In this document: positions 32,716 through 46,872 of the stretch, piece after piece | Layout: each line of letters opens with the position of its first letter | Position numbering within the stretch: position 1 is the first letter of the stretch | Assembly: GCF_009914755.1 (NCBI RefSeq) | Contig: NC_060934.1 | Origin: the human T2T-CHM13v2.0 reference genome, Homo sapiens | Length of the DNA: 64,000 nt | Reading direction: 5' to 3' (one strand) | The notes under the pieces: generated by a model | Databases searched by the model: none | Seen by the model: the letters and a program-made list of their open reading frames with translations, nothing else | What the model was told of the DNA's origin: nothing | Translations under genes and position numbers: made by a program

Positions 32716-35080
32716 GTAGGTTCCTGATCTGAAGCATTCTACTGATCTGATTACCTTCTCTCCTTTATTCCTCAATGAACAAATGAAAATCAGTAGGGTA
32801 GATAAACAGATTTCATACTCCTGATTTGCCGGTTCTTAACTGTGATAAATACTGTTTAGAAAACTCTGCCAAGCACCTGAAAGCTGTTCTAAAGAGCAAC
32901 AGGCACCCTCCACAGATTCACGTAATTGCTGTCTGCATCACTGTCAAACATGTATGGATCAGACTGACATCATAGACACGTCCTTAATCCTTGTGTTTAC
33001 AAGTTTTCATAAACCAGTTGACCTTTGCCTTTGCATTCTGAGTAATCCTTAGCCATGACTAGGTGGATGAAAACAGATGTGGAGCAAGGGATTACTTAGT
33101 GCACCTAGGATTGGGGAGTTCATTTCATAATGCAGGAGATAACTGATTCTGTCCAATGAGATGTTTCATAGTATGTGCCTTTATTCTACTAAATTTTCCA
33201 CAACAAAATCTTCTATATTAATTCTCAAAGCACAATGTCCAATCATGTTCAAAACAATATTCCCATTCAAATGCTTTAAGTAAGAAGTATAGGAATGGGA
33301 AAAATATGAAAGTAATATATAATTGCTAGAATCCCTGCCTCCTGGAACCATGGCCTTAGGGTAAAGAGTTTACGGTGTAAGGACAGCTTCCTCAGTAGAA
33401 ATGAGGAGGCTATTCCTGAGACATTGACATAGCAAAATAGAAGTTTGGGAGTAGATTTCAGATCTCGTGCTAACTCAGAGATAGGAACCAGAAATTTCCT
33501 TTAAAATACGATTTTAAGAGCCTTTATTGTATTTATTGCTTAGACATTCTAAATGTGGTTTGAAAAAAGATAACTTCAGGTGGGATTAGTTTTAAAAATC
33601 TCTTTAATACTGACCTTATTCCTTCTCTTTGAAGTGTCCAGAGCCCCAAGATGCATATAACCAAATCTCTGAAGGTACCTTAGTGAGTCTTGAGCTATTT
33701 GAACACTCCAGCTCACTAATATACGCATAATTCCTCTTGTTATTTAAGCTGCAATTTGACCTAAAGCATAATAGAAATTGTATAAACTTTTAGGAGTGTT
33801 TGATGAGTTTAATTTCTTGTTTTTTCAAGAAACTCGAGGATAAAGAAGAATGTACATTTTTTTTCCCAATCAATAAGAAGTCCTGAATGTTTGGCTCTAA
33901 ATTACTTTACATAATGTGACAATAAATAGCTTTTTTTGAAAAACAAGACAAAACATTCTAGAATAAATATCTGAATTCTGTATTTTCACAGAACTATAAA
34001 GCATTGTGATTACAATTAGGTTTTTGATATAACATAAAGGGATCACAATGTTTTTTGTTTCTATATCCTCCCAATTTCAAGTAAGAGGTCTACTTCCTGC
34101 TCTCTGTATCCTACAGGCTCTACCTTACTTCTCAGCTATCCTTCTCCAAAAACAGCCTATCATTATCTTTTGAATAGCTGCTATTATTCTAATACGTGAA
34201 CTTTACTAATGTGTAAAATTTACTTTCTCTCTTTTACACACACACAAAATGCATTTATCTCATTACATTTGTGTCAAAATTTGTACAACTTTGGGAGATA
34301 GACTTCTATGCATATGCTTTTAAAAGGACATATTTAATATGCAGATAAAAAGTTTTTTTATAGAATTGAAATCAGAGGCGCCAAGACGGAAAATATATTT
34401 TCAGAAATTGGTCTGTGAGTCAGTCTCTGAAATAAAATCACGTAATCTTACCTCATAAAGTCAATTTCAAAATCTCACTTCTCTGTCATATAAAAGGATT
34501 AAAAAATGTTTGAATCTATTATTGTTGTCTTTTATAAGTGGGTGGATCTACTTTCTTAATGGGCAAGATTCTTTTACTGACTGGCAAAGCAGTTAACACA
34601 GAATATTATGCTGCAGTGAATGAAATGAGGTGTTGAATTTGCATGGGTGTCTTTTCCATCCAAAATACATCGACTGCTCACAGGTTAGAGGATGGATCTT
34701 AAGTCCACAATCCACCATACAGGAGAAGTGCTGAGTTAGGCCAAGAATAATTTTTTTCGATAGCTTTTGAATTTCATAAAGGCTTACATAATTTACGAGT
34801 CTGAATTACAGACTGTCTCAGCAGCCTTCAGCTCTCTATGGAAGATTCTGATCTACCTGAGAGTGCTATTTTCATCTAAATATGAAGAGTGCAAAAGGCT
34901 TGCTTTGCCCACAGACTTTCAGCTCTACATTGTGTGTGTCTATGAAACCTGAGGTTCTAATATACATCTAGAGTACTAAAATGTCTTTTAAAAACCCATG
35001 TAACTCTCCAGATGTTTCATTTTTCAACAAAATGATGGCCATTACTTATCTTTCATCAGTTATTTTTTAATTTAAAATAG

Positions 35081-35147
35081 AAAAGCCCAGAAGATTCACA
35101 GGCAGCTGAAATGCCTATAGGCAGTATGACAGCCTCCAACAGAAAAT
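35081..35147 (+). CDS. SLC39A12: ZIP12 exon 10 (KSPEDSQAAEMPIGSMTASNRK-C), phase 0-1
   Basis: Acceptor aaaatag|AAA, donor AAT|gtgagt; 67 nt gives the phase needed by exon 11. Confidence 0.93.
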
Positions 35148-35929
35148 GTGAGTACCAAGCTAAACTTTACATGTGGAAAGTGCCATAGAAAAACAGTTAT
35201 GTCTGTTTTAAAATAAAATGTCAAAACTATATAGATATCATATTGGGTATGTAGTTTATTATGAAAAACTTTGCAATAGGATTTGTAATAAAAACTAATT
35301 CCTATCCAGCTCTCAAATTGACTACATATTCATATCAATTTTACTCCTTCCTTTAAAAATGAAGTTTTTCTTAGTTGATTTAAACTAATTCCCTTCAGGG
35401 GAAACTTCAATTAATGTAAACACATGTGTGTTTATCATAGCTCATTTCTAAACATATTTGTGTGATGATTGAGGCTTTTATTTCACTGTGAAGTATGGAT
35501 ATATCATTGTTTTTTCATCTTCTAGCACTGTCTACTGAAAATTCATCACAAATGCGTCTTATTTATCATACTGTCATTGAGATGGTAGAATTCAAATCAG
35601 TGATCTCATTTATTCACATCTTATTCTATAACTCATTTGTTCATTTAATTTTTAATTAACAAAGCTTGATGTTTTTTCTATGATTTTTTCTTCTGCATTT
35701 AATTTACCAATTTTGGATAGAACTTTATTAACCTGTGCTTATGTTTCTGAATAATTCTTGAAAGTTTTTCGGATTTTTTTGTCTGTTTTGGTTTTCATCT
35801 GTTACTCTTGAACTTTTGCCCTATTTTTCTCACTTACTTTACACTTTTGTGACACAAACTTAAGGTTTTAATGTTATGCATCATGATTAGTTATTCCCAT
35901 TCTACCGTAATAACTTAGCAAATAGTGAA

Positions 35930-36120
35930 AATAGCTAACACGTATTGAACACTTCTTGTATGCTAGGCACAGGGCTACACAGTTGGTGTGATCTCATTCA
36001 ATTCTACAACTTAAGTAAGAATAAATATTAACTGAATTATACAAATGAAGAAAATAGTTGTTAGCGAGGTTAAATCACTGCTCAAGATTGTATAGCTAGT
36101 CAGCTCTAGCGCTGGGGAAC
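35930..36120 (-). mobile_element. MIR
   Basis: atagctaacacgtattgaacactt...atctcattcaatt...gaggttaaatcactgctcaag. Confidence 0.7.
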
Positions 36121-36140
36121 TAAAGAAATGCTAATGCACC

Positions 36141-36485
36141 GGCGGGCGCGGTGGCTCACGCCTGTAATCCCAGCACTTTGGGAGGCCGAGGCGGGCGGAT
36201 CACGAGGTCAGGAGATCGAGACCATCCTGGCTAATATGGTGAAACCCCGTCTCTACTAAAAAATACAAAAAATTAGCAGGGCGTAGTGGCGGGCTCCTGT
36301 AGTCCCAGCTACTCGGGAGACTGAGGCAGGAGAATGGCGTGAACCCGGGAGGCGGAGCTTGCAGGGAGGCGGAGCTTGCAGTGAGCCGAGATCGCGCCAC
36401 TGCACTCCAGCACTCTAGTCTGTGCAACAGAGTGAGACTCCGTCTCAAAAAAAAAAAAAAAAAAAGAAAAAGAAAAAAGAAAAAG
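36141..36485 (+). mobile_element. Young AluY with two internal tandem duplications
   Basis: CpG-rich; perfect 19-bp TSD aaagaaatgctaatgcacc at 36122-36140 and 36486-36504. Confidence 0.95.
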
Positions 36486-36519
36486 AAAGAAATGCTAATG
36501 CACCAACAATTTTTTTGTG

Positions 36520-36715
36520 ACCATTCATTCATTCATGCATCAATGCATTCTTTCACATTGTTTTATTCATTCAAGAAATGTTTGAAGACATGTCCTGCTT
36601 CAGGCATGTTTTATGCAGTGAAGAATAAAATAAGCATGATCTTTATCAGTGCAGAATAAAATAAGCATGGTCTTTATTCTTAGCTTGGGATGTAGTCAGG
36701 GATAGAAATACTACT
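36520..36715 (-). mobile_element. L2 3' end fragment containing a ~31-bp tandem duplication
   Basis: (ATTC)n tail, attcattcaagaaatgtttga; gaataaaataagcatg(a/g)tcttta twice. Confidence 0.6.
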
Positions 36716-37432
36716 AAGACCAAACACCATTATAACAACTACTGTTCTAAATGTTTTAGATACATTAACTCATGTAATTTATTTATTCGATTCAAAATAT
36801 GTAATTACATATTTTGTCCATTTCTGCTTTTAGAACATTGCTAGTAATATTTTTCCTTCTAAACTTTTAGTTCCAAGAGTAATTTTAGAAAGCTGGGCAC
36901 ATAGTAGGTCTGCAATAGACTTTTTTTTCTCTTTGGTTGTGGTCTTGAAAGAAGGACATGCCCAGTCAAATCAGGAGCTGAAAGAGGATGCTAGATTAGG
37001 GAGTAACGATGGTCTTCTTCAAACATTTTATAGGCCTCTTACCTACCTGCTTACTTCCTGTCGAGCTTGGCATGCAGAATGAATAGTGAACATATCCATA
37101 TTACATTACTCAACTGCCCCTTTGCCAGGGACATACTGAATTAAGCTTCAAATATTTGATGACTTGTTTTGTATTACCTCATCCGTGGAACTCAACTTGT
37201 GTTTCAAAGACAAGATGCAAAAATTCAATCCACAGTCTGATTTAAATTTTAAAAAAGCACAGTGATACCACTTCCAGCCCCCATGTTTTACCATGGAAAA
37301 CCTCTGATAGCTCAGAAACATGGAACTCAATATGACTGCCAAGTACATGAATAGAGGTAAAATATTATACTTAATTCTGTAATGAGTACATTAAATTACC
37401 AGTGAATACTTGTCTTATCTTCCACTAAATAA

Positions 37433-37564
<132 letters not shown>

Positions 37565-38348
37565 TAAATTACCTTAAGAAATATACACAGTGTGTTCTTT
37601 ATGGCTTACATGCAAATGTTTATATTTGCCTGTGGCTTGTTACCTATCCACGATCTGACATTTAGAAACCCATGATCAGAGATAACAAAATAATAGCAAA
37701 AATAGGCCACACTGGTTTCTAGCAGAGTGTATAATATTGGCTAAAAATCCTCCTTTGGAATATATGCTATTAATATCAAGGCTACATATAGGCATGTGGA
37801 AATTACAAGTTTATTTGCATGTTGCAGTGTTGTCAAATGTATCACTTTAAGTTTTTTTAAATTTCCTTTCACAAAGAAGAGCTTTATCTCTGAAAATTGG
37901 CAGGAGCAGTTAAATGATCTAGTAGCATTATTGGTTTCTGAGAGTTTCCAGGCAATGTCAATAAGAACTCCCTGAATTCAAGAATTCAGTATTTATTCTT
38001 TGTTCTTATGGCTGTTGCCTGAAATCTTTCCCTTTTTAGCAAGGACTAAAATAAGTTAGTGAACCACAGGAAGGATGTAAGTTAGTTCTACAGTGATATT
38101 TCTAAATACCCATGATTTTTAGAAGTAAAATACACAGGCCATCTTTGAAACACAGTAAATGGAGCTATCTCCTAGACGGTAATTTGGGTTATATCTGGTA
38201 TTTACTGAAGTTATTTATCTCACAGTGTGGGATATGATATGAATCAAATCATATTCCCCAAATAAGATGGCAAACCACATTATAATGCAATCTCCCTTGT
38301 AGTCTTAGGCCATGTAACAGTTCGAAACCAGGAAGTATCCTCTTTCTA

Positions 38349-38444
38349 TTTTTATTGAGCACAATTATTAGAATTATTAGAATTTTTATTGAGCACAATT
38401 ATTAGAATAATTAGAATTTTTATTGAGCACAATTATTAGAATTA
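38349..38444. repeat. 34-bp minisatellite, ~2.8 copies (TTTTTATTGAGCACAATTATTAGAATTATTAGAA)
   Basis: Units at 38349, 38383 and 38417; one mismatch. Confidence 0.93.
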
Positions 38445-38750
38445 GGCCAGGTGCAGTGGCTAACGCCTGTAATCCCAGCACTTTGGGAGGCCGAGGCGGG
38501 TGGATCACTGGAGGTCAGGAGTTCGAGACCAGCCTGACCATGTGGTGAAACCCCGTCTCTACTAAAAATACAAAAAAACTAGGCAGGCATAGTGGCATGT
38601 GCCTGTAGTCCCAGCAACTCGGGAGGCTGAGACAGAATTGCTTGAACCACAGAGGCGGAGGTTGTAGTGAGCCTAGATCATGCTACTGCACTCCAGCCTG
38701 GGCAACAAAGCAGGACTCCATCTCAAAAAAAAAAAAAAAAAAAAAAAAAA
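38445..38750 (+). mobile_element. AluS
   Basis: Full dimer with A-tail. Confidence 0.94.
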
Positions 38751-39419
38751 GGAAGCATTATGCATTCAGTTCTAACAGTAACAGTAACTACTACTTACAC
38801 CTGTCACACAATATATATGCAACTGAATAATTAATGAAAGTTTAGACTATGACAATTGATTAATGACTTTTCTTATCAAGTGGTCTACCTAGGCAGATTA
38901 CTACCAAAATAAGTACTATGCTCAATATACTTTTCATGTTTGTGAGTCGTTCAACTCTACAATTGAGTTATGCTAACATACAATTTAGAACTTTCAGAAC
39001 AGAAGTTCTGTCCATTAAAAAGCTGAACCCAATTATGATCAAAATTATTTCATTGGCTCTCTCCTGACCAGATAATATATATTATGCAATCGAATTCCAT
39101 GAAGACAGAAGCTTCTCTTTATTTTGTTCAACATCTAACTGGCCTAGTGCTGAAAGTTATCTTGCAGAAAGAAGAAAACTTTGAGAAATTATTCCAAAGC
39201 TAACTTTGGGGCCAGAAACGTTGGTCGTGGTTCCGTTGAAGTCACAATGGGGAGTGAATGGGGCGCTTCAGGGAAGTCATTAGCACTCACCAGAAAGGGA
39301 ACCAAAACAATCACACAGTGACAGAAAGCACACTGCCCTAGATTGACACAGAACAGTCTGACTCAAATGAACAGCTTTGGGAAATACACTCCATTTTAAT
39401 GACATTCCACTGGGAAGTT

Positions 39420-39728
39420 TGTCTTGGCCCACTCGGTCTGCTACAACAAACTACCATAGACTGGATGGCTTATCAACAAAAAGTTCTTTCTCATGGTCCT
39501 GGAGCCTAGAAGTCCAAGATGAAGGTGCAAGACAAGAGCCAACTTTCTGGTTGTAGATGGCGCCTTCCTGCAGTGGGAAGTGGCAGAAGGGGCAAGGGAA
39601 CTCCTTGGCATCTCTTTTATAAGGGTATTAATTCCATCCCAAAGGCCCTACCTCCTCATACCACCACGCTAGGGGAATAAGTAGAAACGTATGAATTTTG
39701 GAGAGACACAAACATTTAGTCTATAGCA
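39420..39728 (-). mobile_element. MaLR solo LTR (MLT1A-like)
   Basis: ctacaacaaactaccatagactggatggctta...gaagtccaagatgaagg...cacaaacatttagtctatagca. Confidence 0.85.
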
Positions 39729-40013
39729 AGTTTCTTAAATTATTTTTAAATGCATTGCAAAAGACAGACGGGAAGGTCATCAGTGGTACTTGGGGAGGCT
39801 ATAACATGGGTTTTACTTTCTTGTGTTGGCATAACTGCATAAGATGTTAAAATCATTTATGCCAGCATGTAATTTATCTCATTAGACCAGTTAGCAAAAC
39901 AGTGACCATACGTTTAAGTGTGTTGGTTATCACACTTGAATCTCTAGTCCTGACTTTTGCGGAAACAAAGTGATGTTATTTAATCAGATGGAATATAAGA
40001 ATGTCAAGTGTAG

Positions 40014-40304
<291 letters not shown>

Positions 40305-40654
40305 TAACATCTTTCCAGCTATGGTTTACTAGGATTCTTTTTCTAACCTATGACTTAAAGATGAATACTTTCCTTTTATAATTTATTTAAACCATAAGAA
40401 GAGGAGGACTAGAAAAATAACTCCTGTACCTTGGAATAAAATCCAGTTAAACTCCTTTATGATGTTTCCCAGGGCCAGAAATGACTCTATTTGGATTCCA
40501 GAGAATTCCATATGGGAGACAGTCATTCAGAGAAATATTTTAAAGAATTTTGATGGGGACTTTAAAATCTGCATATTAAATGTGAGAAAAATATTAGGAG
40601 GGGAACTTTATCCATCATGTCAGCACATGGGCCAGTAAGATAAAATAACATTTA

Positions 40655-41014
<360 letters not shown>

Positions 41015-41104
41015 TTAAAGCCAAGCCTAGCATTGAAATGACAGGTGTGTGGTGGCAGATGCTCATAAATCTCTTTTTCTGGATAATCTTAGTTGCCCTG
41101 TAAC

Positions 41105-41518
41105 TTTTTCTTTTAATTTTTGTGGGTACATAGTGGTTGTATGTATTAATGGAGTACATGCGATGTTTTGATACAGGTATGTAATGCGTAAGAATCATAT
41201 CATGCAAAATTGGGTATCCATCCCCTCAAGCATTTATTGTTTGTGTTACAAACTATCCAATTATACTCTTTTAGTTATTTTTAAATGTACAAATTAAATT
41301 ATGATGACTGTAGTCGTCCTGTTGTGCTATCAAATACTAGGTCTTATTCATTCTATTTTTTTTTTTTTTTTTGTAGTGATTAACCATCTTTACCTCACCT
41401 CCACCTTCCCCTACCACCCCACTACCCTTCCCAGCCTCTGGTAACCTTCTTCTATTCTTTAACTCCATGAATTCAATTGTTTTGATTTTTAGATCCCACA
41501 AATAAGTGAGAACAATAT
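41105..41518 (-). mobile_element. 5'-truncated L1MA 3' end
   Basis: Same 3'-end family as 8058-8460; TSD-like gccctgt...cttt on both sides. Confidence 0.88.
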
Positions 41519-42600
41519 AGCCCTGTTCTTTGCCTCCCAGGACGCAAGATGGGTTAGAACAGACGTTTCTGAAACAGACCCAGAAATAGTAGAGGCTGGT
41601 CTGGCATAGGCTCCCAAGGGAGAGGGCTCTTCGCAGTCTCTCTGCTTCCACTTTCGCACCTACATTGCCCCTAGGAAACGCTTGCCCTCTTGTGCTTGGA
41701 GTCCGTTGCTCAAAGTCCTGACACTGACTCATTATTGACCTATCCTTCTTGGAGCAGTTTATCCAAGGTCCTCCCTGGGCTCATTAAAATGCACCTGGTC
41801 TGGAAGCCATCCCCTATCTGTGGTCCTGAGTTTTGCTACTGTAACAGGGATGTAGCCCCCAGTCCTCAACCCAAAGCCACAGGGCAGTGTGACCGTCTGC
41901 AGCAGGCCAGCAGAGATGTTTCAAGCCCCGTTCATGGGAACAATTATGCAATGGAACTAGAAAACTGGGTCCCCAAGCTGTCTATTGAATTTTAGTCTCA
42001 ATCCCCCAAACTAAGAAGTAGATGTTCTCAGATTTACTAACAGGTCAATCTTCTCTTGGAGGGAAGGCATGGAGAGAATGAGATCATTTTCCTATAATCA
42101 TTTTCTAAAGGGAAAAATTTGTTTCCTAACCAACTTTTACAATGCTTTAAAAATCTCATATTAAGTAGTTTTCTCTCCCCACAGCAGTTTCTGCATAAGT
42201 AAATAATAAAAGCCCATATAGTGTCATGATTTCACCTGGCAAATTTCCAGGCCCAAAGATTTAGAAACCCTGGGACAGTGAGTGACTATTTTCCATTTAT
42301 CTAAGTTGGAAATGTCAGAGGATATCAAGAACTCAAGAATATGTCACAGACCTCTCTGTAGATACAATCTTTAGGAGCAGCCAAAGGAATGGAACTCTTG
42401 AAATGCAACTTCCTAATAGTACGATGAATGGGCTATGAATTCTAGAGAAATATAGGAAAGCATTTTATTTACTGATCACTCAACTCTACCTATAAAATTG
42501 GTTCCAGTGCTGACATTCGAAATAGCTAATAGTGCGTTACTTTAGCAAAGGCGTCTTCCATTAAATGATAATTATATTTTCCTTTCCTCTTAAACTTCAG

Positions 42601-42788
42601 GAGACTTTGCCGTGCTCTTAAGCTCTGGACTTTCTATGAAGACTGCCATCCTGATGAATTTTATAAGCTCCCTAACTGCCTTCATGGGATTATACATTGG
42701 CCTTTCCGTGTCAGCTGATCCATGTGTTCAAGACTGGATCTTCACAGTCACTGCTGGGATGTTCTTATATTTATCCTTGGTTGAAATG
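42601..42788 (+). CDS. SLC39A12: ZIP12 exon 12 ([10 protein letters not shown]...[12 protein letters not shown]), TM5-TM7, phase 1-0
   Basis: Acceptor taaacttcag|GA, donor ATG|gtaagc. Confidence 0.98.
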
Positions 42789-43166
42789 GTAAGCTTGGTG
42801 GCTTTTCTATTTGATTTTTCTAAGCACTGAAAATGTAAAACAGAGAAAAAAAACAGTAAAAATGGAAGGATAAATGAGTAGAACAGAAGAATTTATAAAA
42901 CAATATAAACCATTAAGGAATATTCTTTGTACTCCAAGAAAGTGCATTCTGGGCAGAAAGAACATAATTTGGGTACAGAAAATACTGACATTTTCTGTAG
43001 TGTTAAAGTGACAGGTGTGTGATAGCAGTTGCATGTAAGACTTTTTACTTTTAGTGATTTTAAGTGGAAAGAATGAAATGTTCATAATCTTCAAAAAGTA
43101 ATCATCAGCTCATTCGATTCCAGCTTTGTACCTATATATGATGCCTGTATTTCCAGTTGAAAATGA

Positions 43167-43248
43167 AAAGTTCTGTCAATCAGCCAGCTATTTTATTTAT
43201 ACAATGCGAAAGTTCTGTTAAATAGCCAGCTATTTTATTTATACAATG
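43167..43248. repeat. 42-bp tandem duplication, 2 copies
   Basis: aaagttctgt...agccagctattttatttatacaatg twice. Confidence 0.9.
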
Positions 43249-44148
43249 GAAAATAATTCAACTGAATTTGTCATTGAATTAAATCACTGTTTGACTTAAT
43301 TAACCAAATGTGTTTTTTAAATAATGATTACGTCTTTGAAGTTTGAATTGCCAAAAGGACAATTGCGCTGATGAAATGAGAAAGAAGATTTTTATAGTAT
43401 TTGGTTTCTAAAATTGCAACGTATGTTTCCTATAGAGGTCCTTGCTGACCTTAATGATAACTCAGTCATTAGTTTTCTTTCTGTATAACCTGATGAGGGA
43501 ATTGAACCTGGGAAATTTCACATTGTCTTGCTTCTTAAATTCTGGTCTCCTTAAGATAAAAGTCTTTTTGAAGGTCACTCTCTATTGGGCTTGTTTACAA
43601 CTTTAAAAATATCTTAAGGTAAAATCATATTGATTATCCCTTCTCATGGGTTGGAATATGGCAAATAAAAATAAAATTAATTAACAAAAGAGGTACTTAA
43701 GGCTGAAATCAGGCTGTGTAAAAGTCAGATATGTTATTACCTGTGTCCTGGAGAAGAAAAAGTAAATAACCTTGAAGGTAATATGTGGAACAGATTCATT
43801 GAGATTGACTACTAATGAAGCAGAATCCAACCATTGTCCTGGAAGTAAAAGAAATATTTCATGAGGAAAAAAATACAGGAGGCAGAAACCTGTGCTAATA
43901 GAACCAGAATAGCAGTGCGTTGTTGAAGTTAAGTCTTAGTAAGGGGATTCTCAGAGTAAACCCTGCCATTTTTAAACCCCACTCTAAGGCTCCTGAGTTT
44001 CCGGATGTTTTTCTTAATTCTTATGAGATGCATGCAGATGAGGTAAACACCAAATGTCCTTCCATATTTAGAAATGTTCTTATATATTATCTGTGATGCT
44101 CTGAGAACATTCTAATTTTGATAGTAAAGTGAAAGTGGAGCAAATTTT

Positions 44149-44656
44149 GACCCAGCAATCCCATTGCTGTGTATATATTCAAAGGAATATGAATCATTCT
44201 ATTATAAAGATACATGCAGCACTATACACAATAGCAAAGACATGGAATCAATCCAAGTGCCCATCAGTGACAGACCGGGTAAAGAAAACGTGATACATAT
44301 GCACCGTGGAATAATACGCTGCCATAAGAAGGAATGGGATCGTGTCCTTTGCAGGGACATAGATGAGGCTAGAAGCCATTATCCCCAGCAAACTAATGCA
44401 TGAACAGAAAACCAAACACAGCATGTTCTCACTTATAAGTGGGAGCTGAGCGATAAGAACACATGGACATAGGGACGGGAACAACACACACTGGGGCCTG
44501 TCGGGGGAGGGTGGGGGTGGGGAGAGCATTAAGGTAAAGAGCTAATGCATGCTAGGATTGATACCTAGGTGATGGGTTGATAGGTGCAGCAAACCACTGT
44601 GACACACGTTTACCTATTTAACAAACCTGCATATGTACCCCGGAACTTAAAAAAAT
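44149..44656 (+). mobile_element. 5'-truncated older L1PA 3' end, sense to the gene
   Basis: gacccagcaatcccatt...gttctcacttataagtgggagct...ggaacttaaaa; perfect 17-bp TSD aaagtggagcaaatttt at 44132-44148 and 44657-44673. Confidence 0.92.
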
Positions 44657-45885
44657 AAAGTGGAGCAAATTTTACCCCTTTTTCTGAACCTATCCCCCAA
44701 CCTGAGGTCAATGTTATGGAATCCTGCGATTCTTTCAACTTGAGAAATCTGTATTTCCAGCTTTGTTGTGACTTTGAAACCACAGTCACTCACCATTTAA
44801 TGAAATGAGCTATACTTTGTTTAAACTAAACAGTCTTGAAGGTAATGTGTGGAGCACATCAGTCCTCAGATTCACTCTTGAGCTTCCTAATTTTCAACTT
44901 TCGATTTCTAATTTCTCTTTATGGGTCAGTTCAGGGCAATTGCTGGATTCTTTTGAAGTTTACTCTGTTTTTCACACAGACTGGTTCTCTCTTCAAGTAG
45001 GATGAATGTCGATGTCTGTAGTCAATTTGTTTTCTTTGCTTTTGTCTACTCTCCCAGAATTGACGGGGGAAGGTTATCAAGAGCCATTTGTCATGCAGAA
45101 CCCTAAGCTAAGTATGTCATTTTCCTTTCAATGTTCCTGCTCCTTTTCTTGTAAGCATAAGCAATTGCTTAGAAGAAAGCAATGTGACTGATATCCTGTG
45201 AGATTCCAGCTGGCATAAATCTTGACCCTATTGCAAATGGCTATTAGCCGAGGAAAAACCAGCATCCTGGCAGAAAGACAGGAAAAAAAAAAATACTTGT
45301 GAGTTTCCCGGGGCTACTTCCTATCATCCAGGTCGCTTGCTCTCACGGCCTTCTGAGCAACTTCTAAACAAACGCAGCTCTTTCACATAGCAATAAGTTT
45401 AACTGTTGGTTTTCTCTGGGGCCATGCCAAAGAAAATAGTCGGTCATTTAAAGGGAAGAAAACAAGGTTGCAAAGACTCTGAAACAGTAAAGAAAATAAA
45501 TGCAGCAACTAAGGGGTAAAGGGGAACACTAGATGGAATATACTAGTTAATTGCTAAATCCTGGATATTGACCAGGTACCTTCTGAACAAGGTTAATGTG
45601 AAAAGACTAGCTAGATCTTTGTTTGTTTGTTTTAAAGAAATTGGGTGTGTTATTTCAAACTCCCAAAAGAAGAAGAACTAGAGACATAAATGAGGCCATT
45701 AGCAATGAGGTCAGCAAAGAAGAAAGTCCTTTCTGGGGAAAAGTGCCAAACTTAATTCTCCAAAGTAGAATTGGCTTATTCAAGTATACTAACTCCAAAT
45801 TGCACTGAAGCATGGCTAAAGGAAGTTAAGAATGAATGCCTCTCTGGGTGGCCAGAGGAAATTAATGCTCTGTTATGAAGATCAG

Positions 45886-46425
45886 TGTCCTAGACTGGGT
45901 TTCCTTCAAAGCAGCTGGGAAGACAAAGGACAGGGTGAAAGCAAGTCATTTTGGAGGTGATCCCAGGGAGCAGAAGTGAAGGGCCGGCAAACTGAAACAG
46001 AGAAGGAAGAAAGGTCAATACCATCTGTGTTTTTATTAAGTTGACCAGGACTATGGGAACACCATCACACAGGACCTTCTGATGAGGCTCAAGAAATATG
46101 CCTCAGAATAGTTTACCTGGGAAAGGAAGAGGCTTTATCTACAGGCTCTTGTCCCTGTGTTCAACACTGGCCCTGCCAGCATTATCTCCCCATCTCCACT
46201 TCCAGGTTATACACACCTGAGTACTAAGAGCATTCCTGGAAAGGGGCTCAAGCCATCACATCAAAGAAGCCCAGGGCAGGAGAAAGAGGAATGCAGTGTG
46301 AACCAGAGGCAAGACTCTGCAAAACCAATCAACACCTCCTTGGAATGGGTCTCTGCAGCAGTGACGGGGGTCAGAGATGGGGCTGAGTGCATCTGAAATA
46401 GCACACGTGTGATGTCCATTAACGG
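45886..46425 (-). mobile_element. ERVL LTR (LTR16-like), 3' LTR of the adjacent internal fragment
   Basis: Minus-strand end ...ctgctttgaaggaaacccagtctaggaca; purine-rich tract just upstream on the minus strand. Confidence 0.55.
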
Positions 46426-46872
46426 TTGGCCCCTTCCACTCCTCAAATGCCCTCCTTTCCTCTTAACACCCATCTCTCCCCAAGTCCCTTCGTGGTGGTA
46501 GCCAGCCAAAATACCACAAAGACTTCATAGAAAACAATAAGTGGAAGAAGCTCCAAACCCTGCTGGCCCTGAGGCCATAGTTGATATTCTTCATCTCTGC
46601 TCTCCAGCATCCAATCCTGATCCTCCTTAGCTCCAGGCAGCACTTGGGTTGATCTACATCAACCCAACCCTGGGAGGGGCAACTTAGGTCTTCAATGAAG
46701 GATCTGAATGTTCACTGCTTTGTCCTTGTTAGGCTGTGTATCCTCTAGTTGCCTGGTGACCATTGTTACCAGGCATCAAGAAGCACCAAGAGATGCTCCA
46801 AGAAATCTGAATTTGTAGCTGTGTTCCTTCTCTCCTCACCATGCAGCAGCACCCCTAACTCCTCATGGTAAC

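Noticed and set aside
38349-38444. CRISPR-like array
   Set aside because: Head-to-tail repeats without unique spacers in human intronic DNA; an ordinary minisatellite.
42789-44660. Alternative 3' end by exon 12 read-through ([13 protein letters not shown]) using intronic AATAAA
   Set aside because: AATAAA is frequent in this AT-rich intron and the donor ATG|gtaagc is strong. No sequence evidence of use.
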